From: Nanobdellota archaeon
GTDB taxonomy: Archaea > Nanobdellota > Nanobdellia > Pacearchaeales > GW2011-AR1
Direction of reading: 5' to 3'
Assembly (NCBI GenBank): GCA_038045945.1
Contig: JBBSXC010000003.1
Location: 96,001-160,000, forward strand
DNA length: 64,000 nt
Shown here: positions 18,412-28,293 of the stretch, in pieces
Layout of the letters: every line of letters starts with the position of its first letter
Position numbering within the stretch: the stretch's first letter is position 1
Made by a program: the position numbers and the translations under genes
Notes under the pieces: model-generated
The model's database searches: none
Seen by the model: the letters and a program-made list of their open reading frames with translations, nothing else
Told to the model about the DNA's origin: nothing

Positions 18412-19758
18412 ATGACGAAAACATTTGAAGAATTGGGTTTAAGCAAGGACGTAATAAAAGTCCTCTCAGAACTTGAAATAACTCAACCTACAGAAATACA
18501 AGAAAAAACGATTCCATTAGCACTTGCCGGAAAGGATGTTATTGGAGGAAGCGCAACAGGCAGTGGTAAAACGTTAGCTTTTGGTAGCGCAATCCTAGAA
18601 AACATTAAAGCAAAAAGAATAGTACAAGCATTAGTTATGACACCAACAAGAGAACTAGCCGAACAAGTTAGCGAATCACTAAAAAAATTCTCAAAATACG
18701 TATCCTTACGAGTAACACCAATTTATGGCGGAGTACCAATAGAACCACAAATAAGAAACTTAGCAGTAGCAGACGTGGTTGTTGGAACACCAGGAAGAAT
18801 ACTAGACCACTTACAAAGAGGAACAATAAGACTAGATGACGTTAAAATATTAGTCCTAGACGAAGTTGACAGAATGTTCGACATGGGTTTCCGAGACGAT
18901 GTTGAAAGAATAATAACAAAATGCCCAAAACACAGACAAACAATGTTTTTTTCAGCAACAATAACAAGCGACTTAGACAAATTCTCAAAAAAGTTTGCGA
19001 CTAACCCAGTTGAAGTAATGGTACAAAGCTTTGTTGACCCTACAAAACTAAAACAAGCATATTATGATGTACCAACAGGAATGAAGTTCCCAATGCTCGT
19101 ACACTTACTAAGAAGAGATAATGCTAAACTAGTAATGGTTTTTTGCAACACAAGACATAACGCAGACTTCGTTGCTAACAACTTAAGACTTAATGGAATA
19201 AACGCAGAAGCAATCCACGGCGGATTATCACAAAAGAAAAGAAGTGACACATTAGGAGGATTCACAGAAAGCGAAGTGCACGTACTTGTATGCACAGATG
19301 TAGCAGCTAGAGGATTAGACATCAAAGGAGTATCTCACGTTTACAACTATGACATTCCTAAAACTTTAGACGAAAACACTCACAGAATTGGAAGAACAGC
19401 AAGAGCAGGAGAAGAAGGAATAGCAATACACATACTAACAGAAAGAGACTACGAAAGCTTCAGAAAAATAATGAGAGACTCATCAATGATAATAAAAAGA
19501 GAAGACACACCAATGAACATTGACAGAGTGAAAATGGACACAGGAAGAAGCTTTGGCGGAGGAAGCAGTCACGGAGGATTCGGAAGCAGAAGTAGAAGCA
19601 GAGACGATGAAGAAAGAGGACCTAGCAGAGGCTTCCGAAGAGGACAAAAATTCGAAAGAATAAGCAGAAACAAAAGAGTAGCAGGATACAGAGGCGGAGC
19701 ACACAGGACAACAGGAAACAGAGGCGGAAGCGCAGTAGCAAGCCACAGAGCATACTAA
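18412..19758 (+). CDS. DEAD-box RNA helicase
   Basis: Q motif, ATGSGKT, PTRELA, TPGR, DEVD, SAT, ARGLD, HRIGRTAR; RG-rich tail. Confidence 0.95.
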   Translation: MTKTFEELGLSKDVIKVLSELEITQPTEIQEKTIPLALAGKDVIGGSATGSGKTLAFGSAILENIKAKRIVQALVMTPTRELAEQVSESLKKFSKYVSLRVTPIYGGVPIEPQIRNLAVADVVVGTPGRILDHLQRGTIRLDDVKILVLDEVDRMFDMGFRDDVERIITKCPKHRQTMFFSATITSDLDKFSKKFATNPVEVMVQSFVDPTKLKQAYYDVPTGMKFPMLVHLLRRDNAKLVMVFCNTRHNADFVANNLRLNGINAEAIHGGLSQKKRSDTLGGFTESEVHVLVCTDVAARGLDIKGVSHVYNYDIPKTLDENTHRIGRTARAGEEGIAIHILTERDYESFRKIMRDSSMIIKREDTPMNIDRVKMDTGRSFGGGSSHGGFGSRSRSRDDEERGPSRGFRRGQKFERISRNKRVAGYRGGAHRTTGNRGGSAVASHRAY

Positions 19759-19816
19759 TTAAGTAATACACAATATTATCTAAATCTTATTAAAGTAAGA
19801 ACACCATAACACCAAT

Positions 19817-20617
19817 ATGGATGAGTCAGAAACTTATGATTGTTTTGGAAGAGATGTACCTTTTGATGAATTACCAATAAAAAAACTTTACCAACCAGGA
19901 ATTATAAGTTCAAGAGACTTTTTTGATCCTGAAGCATTAGATGAAGGAGTAAAAGAATCATTATTCTTCAGACCTGAAAAAGTACGAGTATACTTTAACG
20001 ACATCATAGGAGGTATAGGCCCTAAGGATAAACCTAAAGAAAGGCATTGGAGTCAAACATTCCAAGAATTCAAAGAAATATTAAAAGAAGGATTTCCAGC
20101 AGGAATGCAAGTCCTATATGATCACGGTAATGGATCAGGCAAAGCTAGAACTACACCCTTTATTGATCCGCAACAGAGAAAAGATTATGGGTTATACCAA
20201 GCAAGACTCCACTTATTTGATGGAGCAATAAGAGGATTTTCTTGTTTTGTATGGCAAAACGAAGAAGGAATGAGTTTAAGATCAGAAAGAAATACATACG
20301 AAGATGTAGTGGCAAGAAGAACAAAAGAACTATACCATGATGGACTAAGCATGTGGGAAGGAAGAAGCGACGTTTTATTACAAGCAGGAAGAGAACTAGC
20401 TTACTCACTACAAAGAACAAACAGAGATTACACGCGAGGCTTTTGCGGAAGAAACATGAGAAACCCAGAAATACGAATAGTAATACCAGGAAGAGGAGCA
20501 TTAGTATCAAGACTAGTAAAAGATTCTAGTGTAACAGTTAGAGTAACACAAAAAGATTTAGAAGCAGCAGCAAAAGATGTAGAGAGAAGAAGAGAAAAAT
20601 TTGCATTAATACGGTGA
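19817..20617 (+). CDS. Hypothetical protein
   Basis: 266-aa ORF, no recognised motif. Confidence 0.65.
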   Translation: MDESETYDCFGRDVPFDELPIKKLYQPGIISSRDFFDPEALDEGVKESLFFRPEKVRVYFNDIIGGIGPKDKPKERHWSQTFQEFKEILKEGFPAGMQVLYDHGNGSGKARTTPFIDPQQRKDYGLYQARLHLFDGAIRGFSCFVWQNEEGMSLRSERNTYEDVVARRTKELYHDGLSMWEGRSDVLLQAGRELAYSLQRTNRDYTRGFCGRNMRNPEIRIVIPGRGALVSRLVKDSSVTVRVTQKDLEAAAKDVERRREKFALIR

Positions 20618-20677
20618 TTGGTTAAACTTATATAGTTTTATTGGCTTTAACTTTCATTATTGAAAGGAGGGAAAAAA

Positions 20678-21055
20678 ATGTTAAAAAATTTTATGGATAA
20701 GCACTCAGACCGGTTCTACCTAGCATTCAGAGTGTTAGTAGGATTCTTATTCTTACTTCACGGATGGATGAAGATTGGAACCATAATGTCACTAGACCTT
20801 AGCAATCTGATGTTCTACGCCGGAATAATAGAAATAGTTGGAGGAATAATGATAATTTTAGGATTATTCACAAGGTGGGTTGCTATAATAGCAGCTGTTG
20901 AAATGCTTGTAGCTTACTTTAAAGCTCACGCAGGAAGCGCCTTAAGTCCTTTAGTTAACAAGGGAGAACCAGCATTATTATTCTTCGCAGCATTCTTAGT
21001 ACTAATGACTCAAGGAGCAAAGAAGTACTCATTAGACAACCTAAGAAAGAACTAA
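20678..21055 (+). CDS. DoxX family membrane protein
   Basis: RVLVG.LFLLHG..K, EIVGG...LGLFTR, G..KYSLD; AGGAGG SD. Confidence 0.9.
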   Translation: MLKNFMDKHSDRFYLAFRVLVGFLFLLHGWMKIGTIMSLDLSNLMFYAGIIEIVGGIMIILGLFTRWVAIIAAVEMLVAYFKAHAGSALSPLVNKGEPALLFFAAFLVLMTQGAKKYSLDNLRKN

Positions 21056-21083
21056 AAAACAAACTTTTATTTTTTTATTTTAA

Positions 21084-21719
21084 TTATTTTTTGTCCAATA
21101 AAGAACGAGTTGTAAGATAACTCTTATGATAAGGAGGAGTAACCCCACCTTCAAGTAACTTATCAAGCAATAGTCTCTCACCCCTCCTAATACTAACAGC
21201 CCTAGGATTATCACCAACCTCTGTGAAAGGATCAACGAGAATAGTCAACATACCATAACGATTACCAAAAACTATATCAGTAAATAATCTATCACCAAAA
21301 ACAACTAGTCTTTTAGGTTCACAACCAAAATAATCAGTAACACCCCTAATACCAAAAGGCTTCTTCAGTTTATGCCTTATAACATTAATATCCATCAATG
21401 ATTCAATACTAACAGCCTTTTTTTGACCTCTATCGTCATTAGTTCCAGCATCATTGGACATAATAGCTAAGTTTTCTCCAAAAACTCTTTTGTAATCAAT
21501 AAAAGCCTTAGCCACATCTGGGTGTAATTCTAAACTGTAAGGATTTGTTAAAGTATTATCCTTATCAAAAACTACACCTTGAAAACCAGCATCCTTAAGA
21601 GCTGCAGGATTAATACAACCAATATCTTTTGCTAAGAAGTGAGGAATCATCATCTGAGGCCTAAAAAACCTAGCTACAGGATAATAAACAATTGCCGGAA
21701 GATTAATTGATTGAGACAT
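21084..21719 (-). CDS. HAD-IIIA phosphatase, Gep4/PGPP1 (phosphatidylglycerophosphatase)/YqeG-like
   Basis: GFQGVVFDKDNTLT.PY, SNDAG, RH..KKP, GDRLFTDIVFGN. Confidence 0.85.
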   Translation of the reverse strand: MSQSINLPAIVYYPVARFFRPQMMIPHFLAKDIGCINPAALKDAGFQGVVFDKDNTLTNPYSLELHPDVAKAFIDYKRVFGENLAIMSNDAGTNDDRGQKKAVSIESLMDINVIRHKLKKPFGIRGVTDYFGCEPKRLVVFGDRLFTDIVFGNRYGMLTILVDPFTEVGDNPRAVSIRRGERLLLDKLLEGGVTPPYHKSYLTTRSLLDKK

Positions 21720-21778
21720 AGTAGAGGGAATAAAAAACACTGTTAAAAATCTTACTGTCCTTATCTTAATTACCTTTT

Positions 21779-22249
21779 TTATATTTCATCCAGCTTCCAA
21801 GCCCCAAAAAAGTTAGGATTAGTTCTAAGGGGAGAGTAAGTACCGACAAAGCTTAGACCAGAGGGACCTAGATAAGAATAACCCTCATAGTCTACTTCTC
21901 CAAACCTATTAACGGATACGCCGTCAATACCCTCAGGAGCCTTACCACCATAAATTTTCCTAAAAGCTATCTTTCTGTTTTCCTCATCAAAAGTGCCGAC
22001 AATACCAGAGTCTCCAAAAACATCAAAACCTCTAGCGACGAATAATCCAGAAGGTAAATGACGAAAAATAGTAAAATCAAAAGTGTTAGGACCAAGAACT
22101 AAAGGCTCATTAGCTTTCCTACGATCATAATGAACCATATGCTCAGGAGTGTTAAGTGTTTGAGTATGAGCTCTGTAACCTCTAGCATAATCTGAATTAA
22201 CCTCAAAACTACCACGAAAAACCTTACCAGAAAGATCAAGAAATACCAT
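21779..22249 (-). CDS. Hypothetical protein
   Basis: ORF. Confidence 0.6.
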   Translation of the reverse strand: MVFLDLSGKVFRGSFEVNSDYARGYRAHTQTLNTPEHMVHYDRRKANEPLVLGPNTFDFTIFRHLPSGLFVARGFDVFGDSGIVGTFDEENRKIAFRKIYGGKAPEGIDGVSVNRFGEVDYEGYSYLGPSGLSFVGTYSPLRTNPNFFGAWKLDEI

Positions 22250-22252
22250 CAA

Positions 22253-22663
22253 CTAAAGACTATCCTCCAAAGTTTTCAGATCTGAACGAGAAGTAAAATG
22301 AGTTACACCAGCAGTGTAAGCGGGAAGAGAAAAAATAAGAACATTTTCCTTGCTTACATCACCTTGTAAAGCTACACCATAACCAAACGTTGCCCCAGAA
22401 GCTAAACAAAAAAAGTCACGAGCCAAAGTCAAAGAAAAATAATCATTGAAAGGCTTAGACTCAGAAGAACGAGCACTAGAAGCCTGCAGTAAAGTCGAAA
22501 AAGCCCAAGTAACCCCACCAATACTACTTATTAAAGGACTGCCAAAACCAGCTGTTAGGCCAGTAAAAGTTGAGGAAAAAATTCTAAAAGAATCCAGAAG
22601 CCTAACATGTTTTTGAGCAAGCCTCTTATTAAAACCAACACGATAATCATCTGAACCACTCAT
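22253..22663 (-). CDS. Hypothetical membrane protein
   Basis: ORF with hydrophobic segments. Confidence 0.55.
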   Translation of the reverse strand: MSGSDDYRVGFNKRLAQKHVRLLDSFRIFSSTFTGLTAGFGSPLISSIGGVTWAFSTLLQASSARSSESKPFNDYFSLTLARDFFCLASGATFGYGVALQGDVSKENVLIFSLPAYTAGVTHFTSRSDLKTLEDSL

Positions 22664-22759
22664 CAACTAATAATAAGATATTCAGCTTTAAAAATATTAT
22701 TATAACAATGAACAGTGATTTCATAACGCTTAAAAACCTTCATTACTTAATAATCATTA

Positions 22760-23092
22760 ATGGCCCAAAAAGAGAAGAATGATTATACCATGCTAATAGC
22801 AGTACTTTTTGTTATAGCAGTGTTAGCTTTTGGTTATTATGCTCTTAGGGACAAAAAAGAGCCTAATCCTTTAGAAAGCAAAAATGTTATTGATATGAAC
22901 ACTAGCTGTGCTAAAGCCTGGGAAGGAGCAGAATTATTTGCGCAGATCTACGGGATTAACACAACAATAGTAGGAGTAAACCAAATAATTATCGCCCAAT
23001 GCAAAATAGCATGCGAAGACCAAAACAACACTTATTACGATTACAAATGCACATCAAGTGACAAATTCTTATGCTACTGTAACAAAAAATAG
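22760..23092 (+). CDS. Hypothetical membrane-anchored Cys-rich protein
   Basis: N-terminal TM, six Cys in the soluble part. Confidence 0.65.
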   Translation: MAQKEKNDYTMLIAVLFVIAVLAFGYYALRDKKEPNPLESKNVIDMNTSCAKAWEGAELFAQIYGINTTIVGVNQIIIAQCKIACEDQNNTYYDYKCTSSDKFLCYCNKK

Positions 23093-23150
23093 TAAAGCAT
23101 ACTTCTAGAGTGAATGAATGCTTAAAAAGAAAGAATAATTATTTTTATTA

Positions 23151-23873
23151 ATGATTGAGAAAAAAGCTTCAGAATACCAGACCGGAGCTGATGAGGTTTA
23201 TGATAGAGGAAAGATTGGACTTCAGTTCGTGGCATTATTATCAACTTCTAGCAAAGATGAGGATTTTACAACAGCAGCAAACCACAGAGAAATAGGTGGT
23301 AAAGCAGTTACAAAAGTAAGAGAGAGATGGATAGACAGAAATTACAGAAAAGATGCAGAATCATATAATAATGAAGCATTAAGATACGCAATACTAGTAA
23401 GAGACGGAAGAGTAGTAGGCGGAGGAGCAGGAGAAAATTTTGGTTTAGTATACGCAAGAATGTTTCGCCACTTTGTAAATGGAGACTTATCACATGTTAG
23501 AAGAGTAGTAGCATCATTTGATGGAGAATTACAAGAAAAGTATGAAAAAATGATTAAAGCAGGACTTAAAGGAATAAAAATTAGAGCAATTGGACTACCA
23601 AAAAGAGGAAGCCATAGTTCAGAACCACCTGAAAGCGATGATGAAAAAAGATTGGGAATAAGCTTAGTAATAGGAGCAGACATAGCCGCTAAAACTTTAG
23701 GATCAAGAGCTCGTGAAGGAAGACTAGGAGAACTAATAAGAGACGAAAGACTAGCAGGAGTTTGGGTCGGAGAAGAAGAGATATCTTTAGAAGAATTAAG
23801 ACATAAAATAAACGGAAAAGATGTAGGACAAGAAATATTTGAGAGTTACAAAAAGAACAAGATTATAGGATAA
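23151..23873 (+). CDS. Hypothetical protein, possible RNase H-like fold
   Basis: GADE near N-terminus, FDG, GADIAAK acidic pattern. Confidence 0.5.
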   Translation: MIEKKASEYQTGADEVYDRGKIGLQFVALLSTSSKDEDFTTAANHREIGGKAVTKVRERWIDRNYRKDAESYNNEALRYAILVRDGRVVGGGAGENFGLVYARMFRHFVNGDLSHVRRVVASFDGELQEKYEKMIKAGLKGIKIRAIGLPKRGSHSSEPPESDDEKRLGISLVIGADIAAKTLGSRAREGRLGELIRDERLAGVWVGEEEISLEELRHKINGKDVGQEIFESYKKNKIIG

Positions 23874-23944
23874 AAAAGAATTAATTTTATTAATCAATTC
23901 ATAATAACACTCAATTATTTAAAGCGATAATCACTAAATATCTT

Positions 23945-24886
23945 ATGACTAAGACAGCTATAACAGTTATTAGTGTACTAGTAATATTCCTATTATTTAC
24001 TAGTTACTTACTAATAAACACGTTACAAGACCGTTATGGAGGACCGCAAGACTTACTACCCAATAATTATACAGTGGGAATAAGCGACATAGCGAGTTAT
24101 TCAGACTCACAATTACAATTCTACCCTAACATGAGGTTTAATCACAATGACATTACTTATAGGATTAATCCTAGTTGCACTTTCGAACAAGCAGACCAGT
24201 TTGGAAGCGCAGCAGACCTACTAAACGACAAAGTTAAGGGACTAATAATAACTCAAGAACCATGGACTAACGAACAAGCAGACATAGAAGTATTATGCGG
24301 TAAAGAATACTTAGAATCAGACGACTTATACGTAGCAGGAGAAGGAGGACCAAAATTCGTGATGAACCAATCATTATTCACAATAATCCTAGGAGGAAAA
24401 GTAGTATTATACAGGGACTCATGCTCATACAATGTAGAACTACACGAACTATTACACGTATTCGGATTCAAACACTCAAACAACAAACAAAGCGTAATGT
24501 ACAATAATAGCCTATGCAGCCAATTCTTAACAGGAGACATAATAAACGAAATGGCAAGACTATACGCATACGAACCACTACCCGAATTATACTTCGAAGA
24601 AATGGTTGTAGTAAAACACGGAGCATACTTAGACTTTAACACAACAGTAGAAAACCAAGGCATGATAAACGCAAGCGAAATAAGCATGGATTTACTAGTA
24701 GGAGACAAAGTAATACAAAGATTCGAATTAGGAGACGTAAACTTCGGAGGAGGAAGGATCCTAAGAACAAAAAACATCCAGTTACCAAACAGAGACATAA
24801 AAGAAGTAACATTCATAATAGACCCAGACAACAAAACACGAGAATACACAAAAGAAAACAACAAAATAACACTAGAAGTAAAATAA
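23945..24886 (+). CDS. Matrixin-like zinc metalloprotease with C-terminal CARDB domain
   Basis: HELLHVFGFKH, SVMY Met-turn; N.G...A and IDPDN...E..KENN CARDB pattern. Confidence 0.88.
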   Translation: MTKTAITVISVLVIFLLFTSYLLINTLQDRYGGPQDLLPNNYTVGISDIASYSDSQLQFYPNMRFNHNDITYRINPSCTFEQADQFGSAADLLNDKVKGLIITQEPWTNEQADIEVLCGKEYLESDDLYVAGEGGPKFVMNQSLFTIILGGKVVLYRDSCSYNVELHELLHVFGFKHSNNKQSVMYNNSLCSQFLTGDIINEMARLYAYEPLPELYFEEMVVVKHGAYLDFNTTVENQGMINASEISMDLLVGDKVIQRFELGDVNFGGGRILRTKNIQLPNRDIKEVTFIIDPDNKTREYTKENNKITLEVK

Positions 24887-24892
24887 TAATTC

Positions 24893-25171
24893 TTACTTCT
24901 TAGACTTCTTTTTCAAAACTAAATCTAAAGCTTCGTGTAAATCAACGTTTAAAGTATTAGCAGAATTAATAAGACCTAACAATAATTCTCCAAATTCAGA
25001 TTTTATCTCATCACTATACTTATCAGGATTAGCACCATGTTCAGATAGAATAATAATGCTCATAGAATGCTTATCAAAATTACTTAAGAGATTAATAAGC
25101 CTCTCTTTAGGATGCTCATTAAGCTTGTAATCCTCACAAAACTTCCAAACCCTATTCTGAATATCCCTCAT
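24893..25171 (-). CDS. MazG-like protein, apparently degenerate
   Basis: SEFGELL..L...AN.LNVDL.EAL; first ExxE motif eroded. Confidence 0.6.
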   Translation of the reverse strand: MRDIQNRVWKFCEDYKLNEHPKERLINLLSNFDKHSMSIIILSEHGANPDKYSDEIKSEFGELLLGLINSANTLNVDLHEALDLVLKKKSKK

Positions 25172-25223
25172 AAAGAAGTAAAATACTCACTTGTTAATAA
25201 AGATAATTATGATGCAATAATCC

Positions 25224-25583
25224 TCACCTAAGAGCAGCACTCAATTGTTCTTGTGTAAGCTTAAGCCATTCTTCAGCATAATAAGTGCAAAAATAGTTAT
25301 TATCATTAAGCAAACGTTGATCAGCCTTATCTCTTAAACTAAGCCAAGACCTATCAGTGATGATAATACTTCTAAAATCATAATGAGAAGGGTCTAAACC
25401 AAGATTAAGACTATAAGAAGCAGAATAAAACTTGTCAACAACCACTAATTCTCCGCCAACACCAAAACCATGAATCTTTCTCTCAAGCTCCGACTTAACG
25501 GTAAAAATGCCCTTATCAGCACCGCTCTCAGACTTAAAACCCTTAGAAGAAACAATATAGTTAGCAGTTAATAAATCACTCAT
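25224..25583 (-). CDS. Hypothetical protein
   Basis: ORF. Confidence 0.6.
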   Translation of the reverse strand: MSDLLTANYIVSSKGFKSESGADKGIFTVKSELERKIHGFGVGGELVVVDKFYSASYSLNLGLDPSHYDFRSIIITDRSWLSLRDKADQRLLNDNNYFCTYYAEEWLKLTQEQLSAALR

Positions 25584-25677
25584 AAAAAAAATTTGGTTAT
25601 TAAGATATAAAAGTATTATCGTGATCTAAACATAACTAAAAGGCAGATTTTTAAACCAAATTATCAGTAAATAATAA

Positions 25678-27462
25678 ATGATTAATGATAGTGAAGACTC
25701 TAATGAGAAAAAGTCAGCTTTGGTAAACGTGTTTTCACAAGAATGGAAAAACCTAGAAGGAGAGAAAAAATCATTTGCTACTTACACAACACTATTCTTT
25801 ATAGCAGGATTCATAGAATTATTAACGCCATTAGTAGTAGGACTAGTATTCAACTCAATACAAAAAGAGATAATGACAACAGCGCAACTATACCACATAA
25901 TATTCCTAATATCACTATTATTAGTGATTGATCTAGTATTCCAAATAATTCATGGCCTGGGAAGAGTTATAGAAGAAAGAACAGGATTCTTAGTGGGAAG
26001 AAACTATACTAATACAAAAATAAGCCAAGTTTTAGAACTGCCAATAAAATGGCATAAAGACCACCATTCTGGGGACACAATTGACAAAATAAATAAAGGA
26101 AGAGGAGCAATAACGAGGTTCTCACAATCATACACATTCCAAATAATTTATGCGATAATAAACCTCTTCGGATCAGCAATAATAATACTATTCTTCGACT
26201 TCAAAGCAGCAATAGCAGCACTAATATTCTCATTCTTAGTATTAGGAATTATAGTAATCATAGACAAAAAACTAAACAAGAAGTACAAAGAAATAAACAA
26301 GTACGAAAACAAAGCAAGCGCAGCAATATTCGATTATATAAGCAACATAATAACAGTGGTAACACTAAGACTTAAAAAAACAGTTAAGAAAGAAATAAAC
26401 AAAAGAGTAATAGCATCATTCCAGACAGAAAAGAAAGCAGCAGTACTAAACGAAATAAAATGGAGTTTTGCAAACATATCAATAACCATAATGACAGTAG
26501 TAATACTAGCATACAGAGCCTACAGCGACTTTAACAATGACGGAATAATACTAATAGGAACACTATACATACTATACGGATACTTATCAACAATGGGAAG
26601 AACATTCTTCACACTAGCACACGCATACGGAGACATAGTAAGATACGACGCAAACTTCAAAAGCGCAGAAAAAATTGATAAAGAATTCGAAAAAATAGAA
26701 GAAAAAACAGTAACATCATTACCAAAAAACTGGGAAAAAATAACCATTAAAGGATTAGAATTCAAGTACGACCAAGAAGGAAAGAAAAGACACCTAGAAA
26801 ACATAAACTTAGAAATAAAAAAAGGAGAAAGAATAGCATTAGTAGGAGAAAGCGGAAGCGGAAAAAGCACAGTACTATCACTAATAAGAGGACTATACGA
26901 ACCAGACAAAGGAAAAATTTATTGTGATCGAAAGATGATAAGTAACGGATTCCACGCAATAGGAGAAATAACAACACTAATACCACAAGACCCGGAAATA
27001 TTCAACAACACAATAAAGTACAATGTAGGAATGGACTTATCAAACAATAAACAAATAATGAAAGCCATAAAAATGGCAGAGTTCGAAAAAGTAGTAAAAA
27101 GATTAGACAAAGGACTAAGAACAAACGTTTTAGAAAAAGGAGTATCACTAAGCGGAGGAGAAAAACAAAGACTAGCACTAGCAAGAGGAATACTAGCAGC
27201 TAAAGATAGCCAAATAATACTACTAGACGAACCAACAAGCAGCGTTGACAGCATAAACGAAACAAAAATACACGAAAACTTATTCAAAAAATTCAAAGGT
27301 AAAACAATAATTTCATCAATTCACAGACTACACTTACTAAACAAGTTTGATAGGATAGTATTCTTCAAAAGAGGAAAAATAATAACTCAAGGAACACTAA
27401 AAGAATTAAAGAACAATAAAGAGTTCAGAACAATAATTGACAAATACAACAACAAAAAATAA
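25678..27462 (+). CDS. ABC exporter, fused TMD plus ATPase
   Basis: TM N-domain; GESGSGKS, LSGGEKQR, LLDEPT, H-loop. Confidence 0.93.
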   Translation: MINDSEDSNEKKSALVNVFSQEWKNLEGEKKSFATYTTLFFIAGFIELLTPLVVGLVFNSIQKEIMTTAQLYHIIFLISLLLVIDLVFQIIHGLGRVIEERTGFLVGRNYTNTKISQVLELPIKWHKDHHSGDTIDKINKGRGAITRFSQSYTFQIIYAIINLFGSAIIILFFDFKAAIAALIFSFLVLGIIVIIDKKLNKKYKEINKYENKASAAIFDYISNIITVVTLRLKKTVKKEINKRVIASFQTEKKAAVLNEIKWSFANISITIMTVVILAYRAYSDFNNDGIILIGTLYILYGYLSTMGRTFFTLAHAYGDIVRYDANFKSAEKIDKEFEKIEEKTVTSLPKNWEKITIKGLEFKYDQEGKKRHLENINLEIKKGERIALVGESGSGKSTVLSLIRGLYEPDKGKIYCDRKMISNGFHAIGEITTLIPQDPEIFNNTIKYNVGMDLSNNKQIMKAIKMAEFEKVVKRLDKGLRTNVLEKGVSLSGGEKQRLALARGILAAKDSQIILLDEPTSSVDSINETKIHENLFKKFKGKTIISSIHRLHLLNKFDRIVFFKRGKIITQGTLKELKNNKEFRTIIDKYNNKK

Positions 27463-27470
27463 GATTATTC

Positions 27471-27884
27471 TTAGTATTCTGTACCGTAATGAAGTGATTC
27501 CGCAGGATTATCCATTAAGGCCGTTCTTTGTTCTTCAGTAAGATCTAACATTTCAGTAATCTGACAACGAACCAAACGGTAAGGTTTATTATCAAGACTA
27601 GCCTCAGAGACCTTCATCAAAACCTCATACTCAGAAGGCGCATGAAAAAATAATGCTTTAGGACGATCAGAAACAACCCGAGGGAAAATTTCGTAAACCT
27701 CACAATAAACAGTCTCACTAATCCTCAAAGGAGTATCAATGCCACCCTTATCTAAACGATCAATAATACTAAGCCTAACCTTCTCAGCAACCCCCCTAGC
27801 CTCAATAGGGTCCTTACCACTACCGTTAATGTAAAGGTTTTCATTACCTCTTTCATCCATCTTACCTAATAACTTTAATTCCAT
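27471..27884 (-). CDS. Hypothetical protein
   Basis: ORF. Confidence 0.6.
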   Translation of the reverse strand: MELKLLGKMDERGNENLYINGSGKDPIEARGVAEKVRLSIIDRLDKGGIDTPLRISETVYCEVYEIFPRVVSDRPKALFFHAPSEYEVLMKVSEASLDNKPYRLVRCQITEMLDLTEEQRTALMDNPAESLHYGTEY

Positions 27885-27959
27885 CAAAAAGTACCAAGAA
27901 TTAAGCCTTTAAAACCTTATGATGTTTAAAGAAAAACTACAAAAGATCGTTAATGAGAC

Positions 27960-27979
27960 TTGCACAATAACTTTAAATA
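27960..27979 (+). promoter_or_regulatory. tRNA-Tyr promoter: TTGCACA element plus TATA box
   Basis: TTGCACA-ataac-TTTAAATA, same spacing as in aaRS promoters. Confidence 0.6.
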
Positions 27980-28006
27980 TCATCAGAAACATTATAAAAT
28001 CGTTAT

Positions 28007-28224
28007 CCCCTGGTAGCTCAGTGGTAGAGCGGTCGGCTGTAGAATAATACTTCAAGATTTTACAATCTTGAGGCCCTAAAATCCCAAGGATTTTAGAGTT
28101 CTAACACGGACAGACCAACAATGATTGGTTTATGTATGAAGTGCGATTAGCCGAATGATCAAGTTCACATTTGGAAAGAAATGCAGAACCCGACAGATCC
28201 CCGGTTCAATCCCGGGCCGGGGGA
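28007..28224 (+). tRNA. tRNA-Tyr(GTA) with intron at 37/38
   Basis: CCCCTGG/CCGGGGG acceptor (C1-G72, A73), GCTC/GAGC D stem, GTCGG/CCGAC anticodon stem, GTA at 28039-28041, CCCGG-TTCAATC-CCGGG T arm; CCA not encoded. Confidence 0.93.
28043..28188 (+). other. 146-nt tRNA intron with BHB-type splice motif
   Basis: Central helix CTGT/GCAG flanked by 3-nt bulges AG|A and AA|C. Confidence 0.85.
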
Positions 28225-28293
28225 TAAAAAATATAATATTCTAAAGTTTAACAAAAAGGAAAGAATTAAAAGGCTAGTTTTCTTACGCGAGAA

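Noticed and set aside
11223-27462. C39 peptidase plus ABC exporter as a bacteriocin system
   Set aside because: Genes are 14 kb apart with no precursor peptide or linkage evidence
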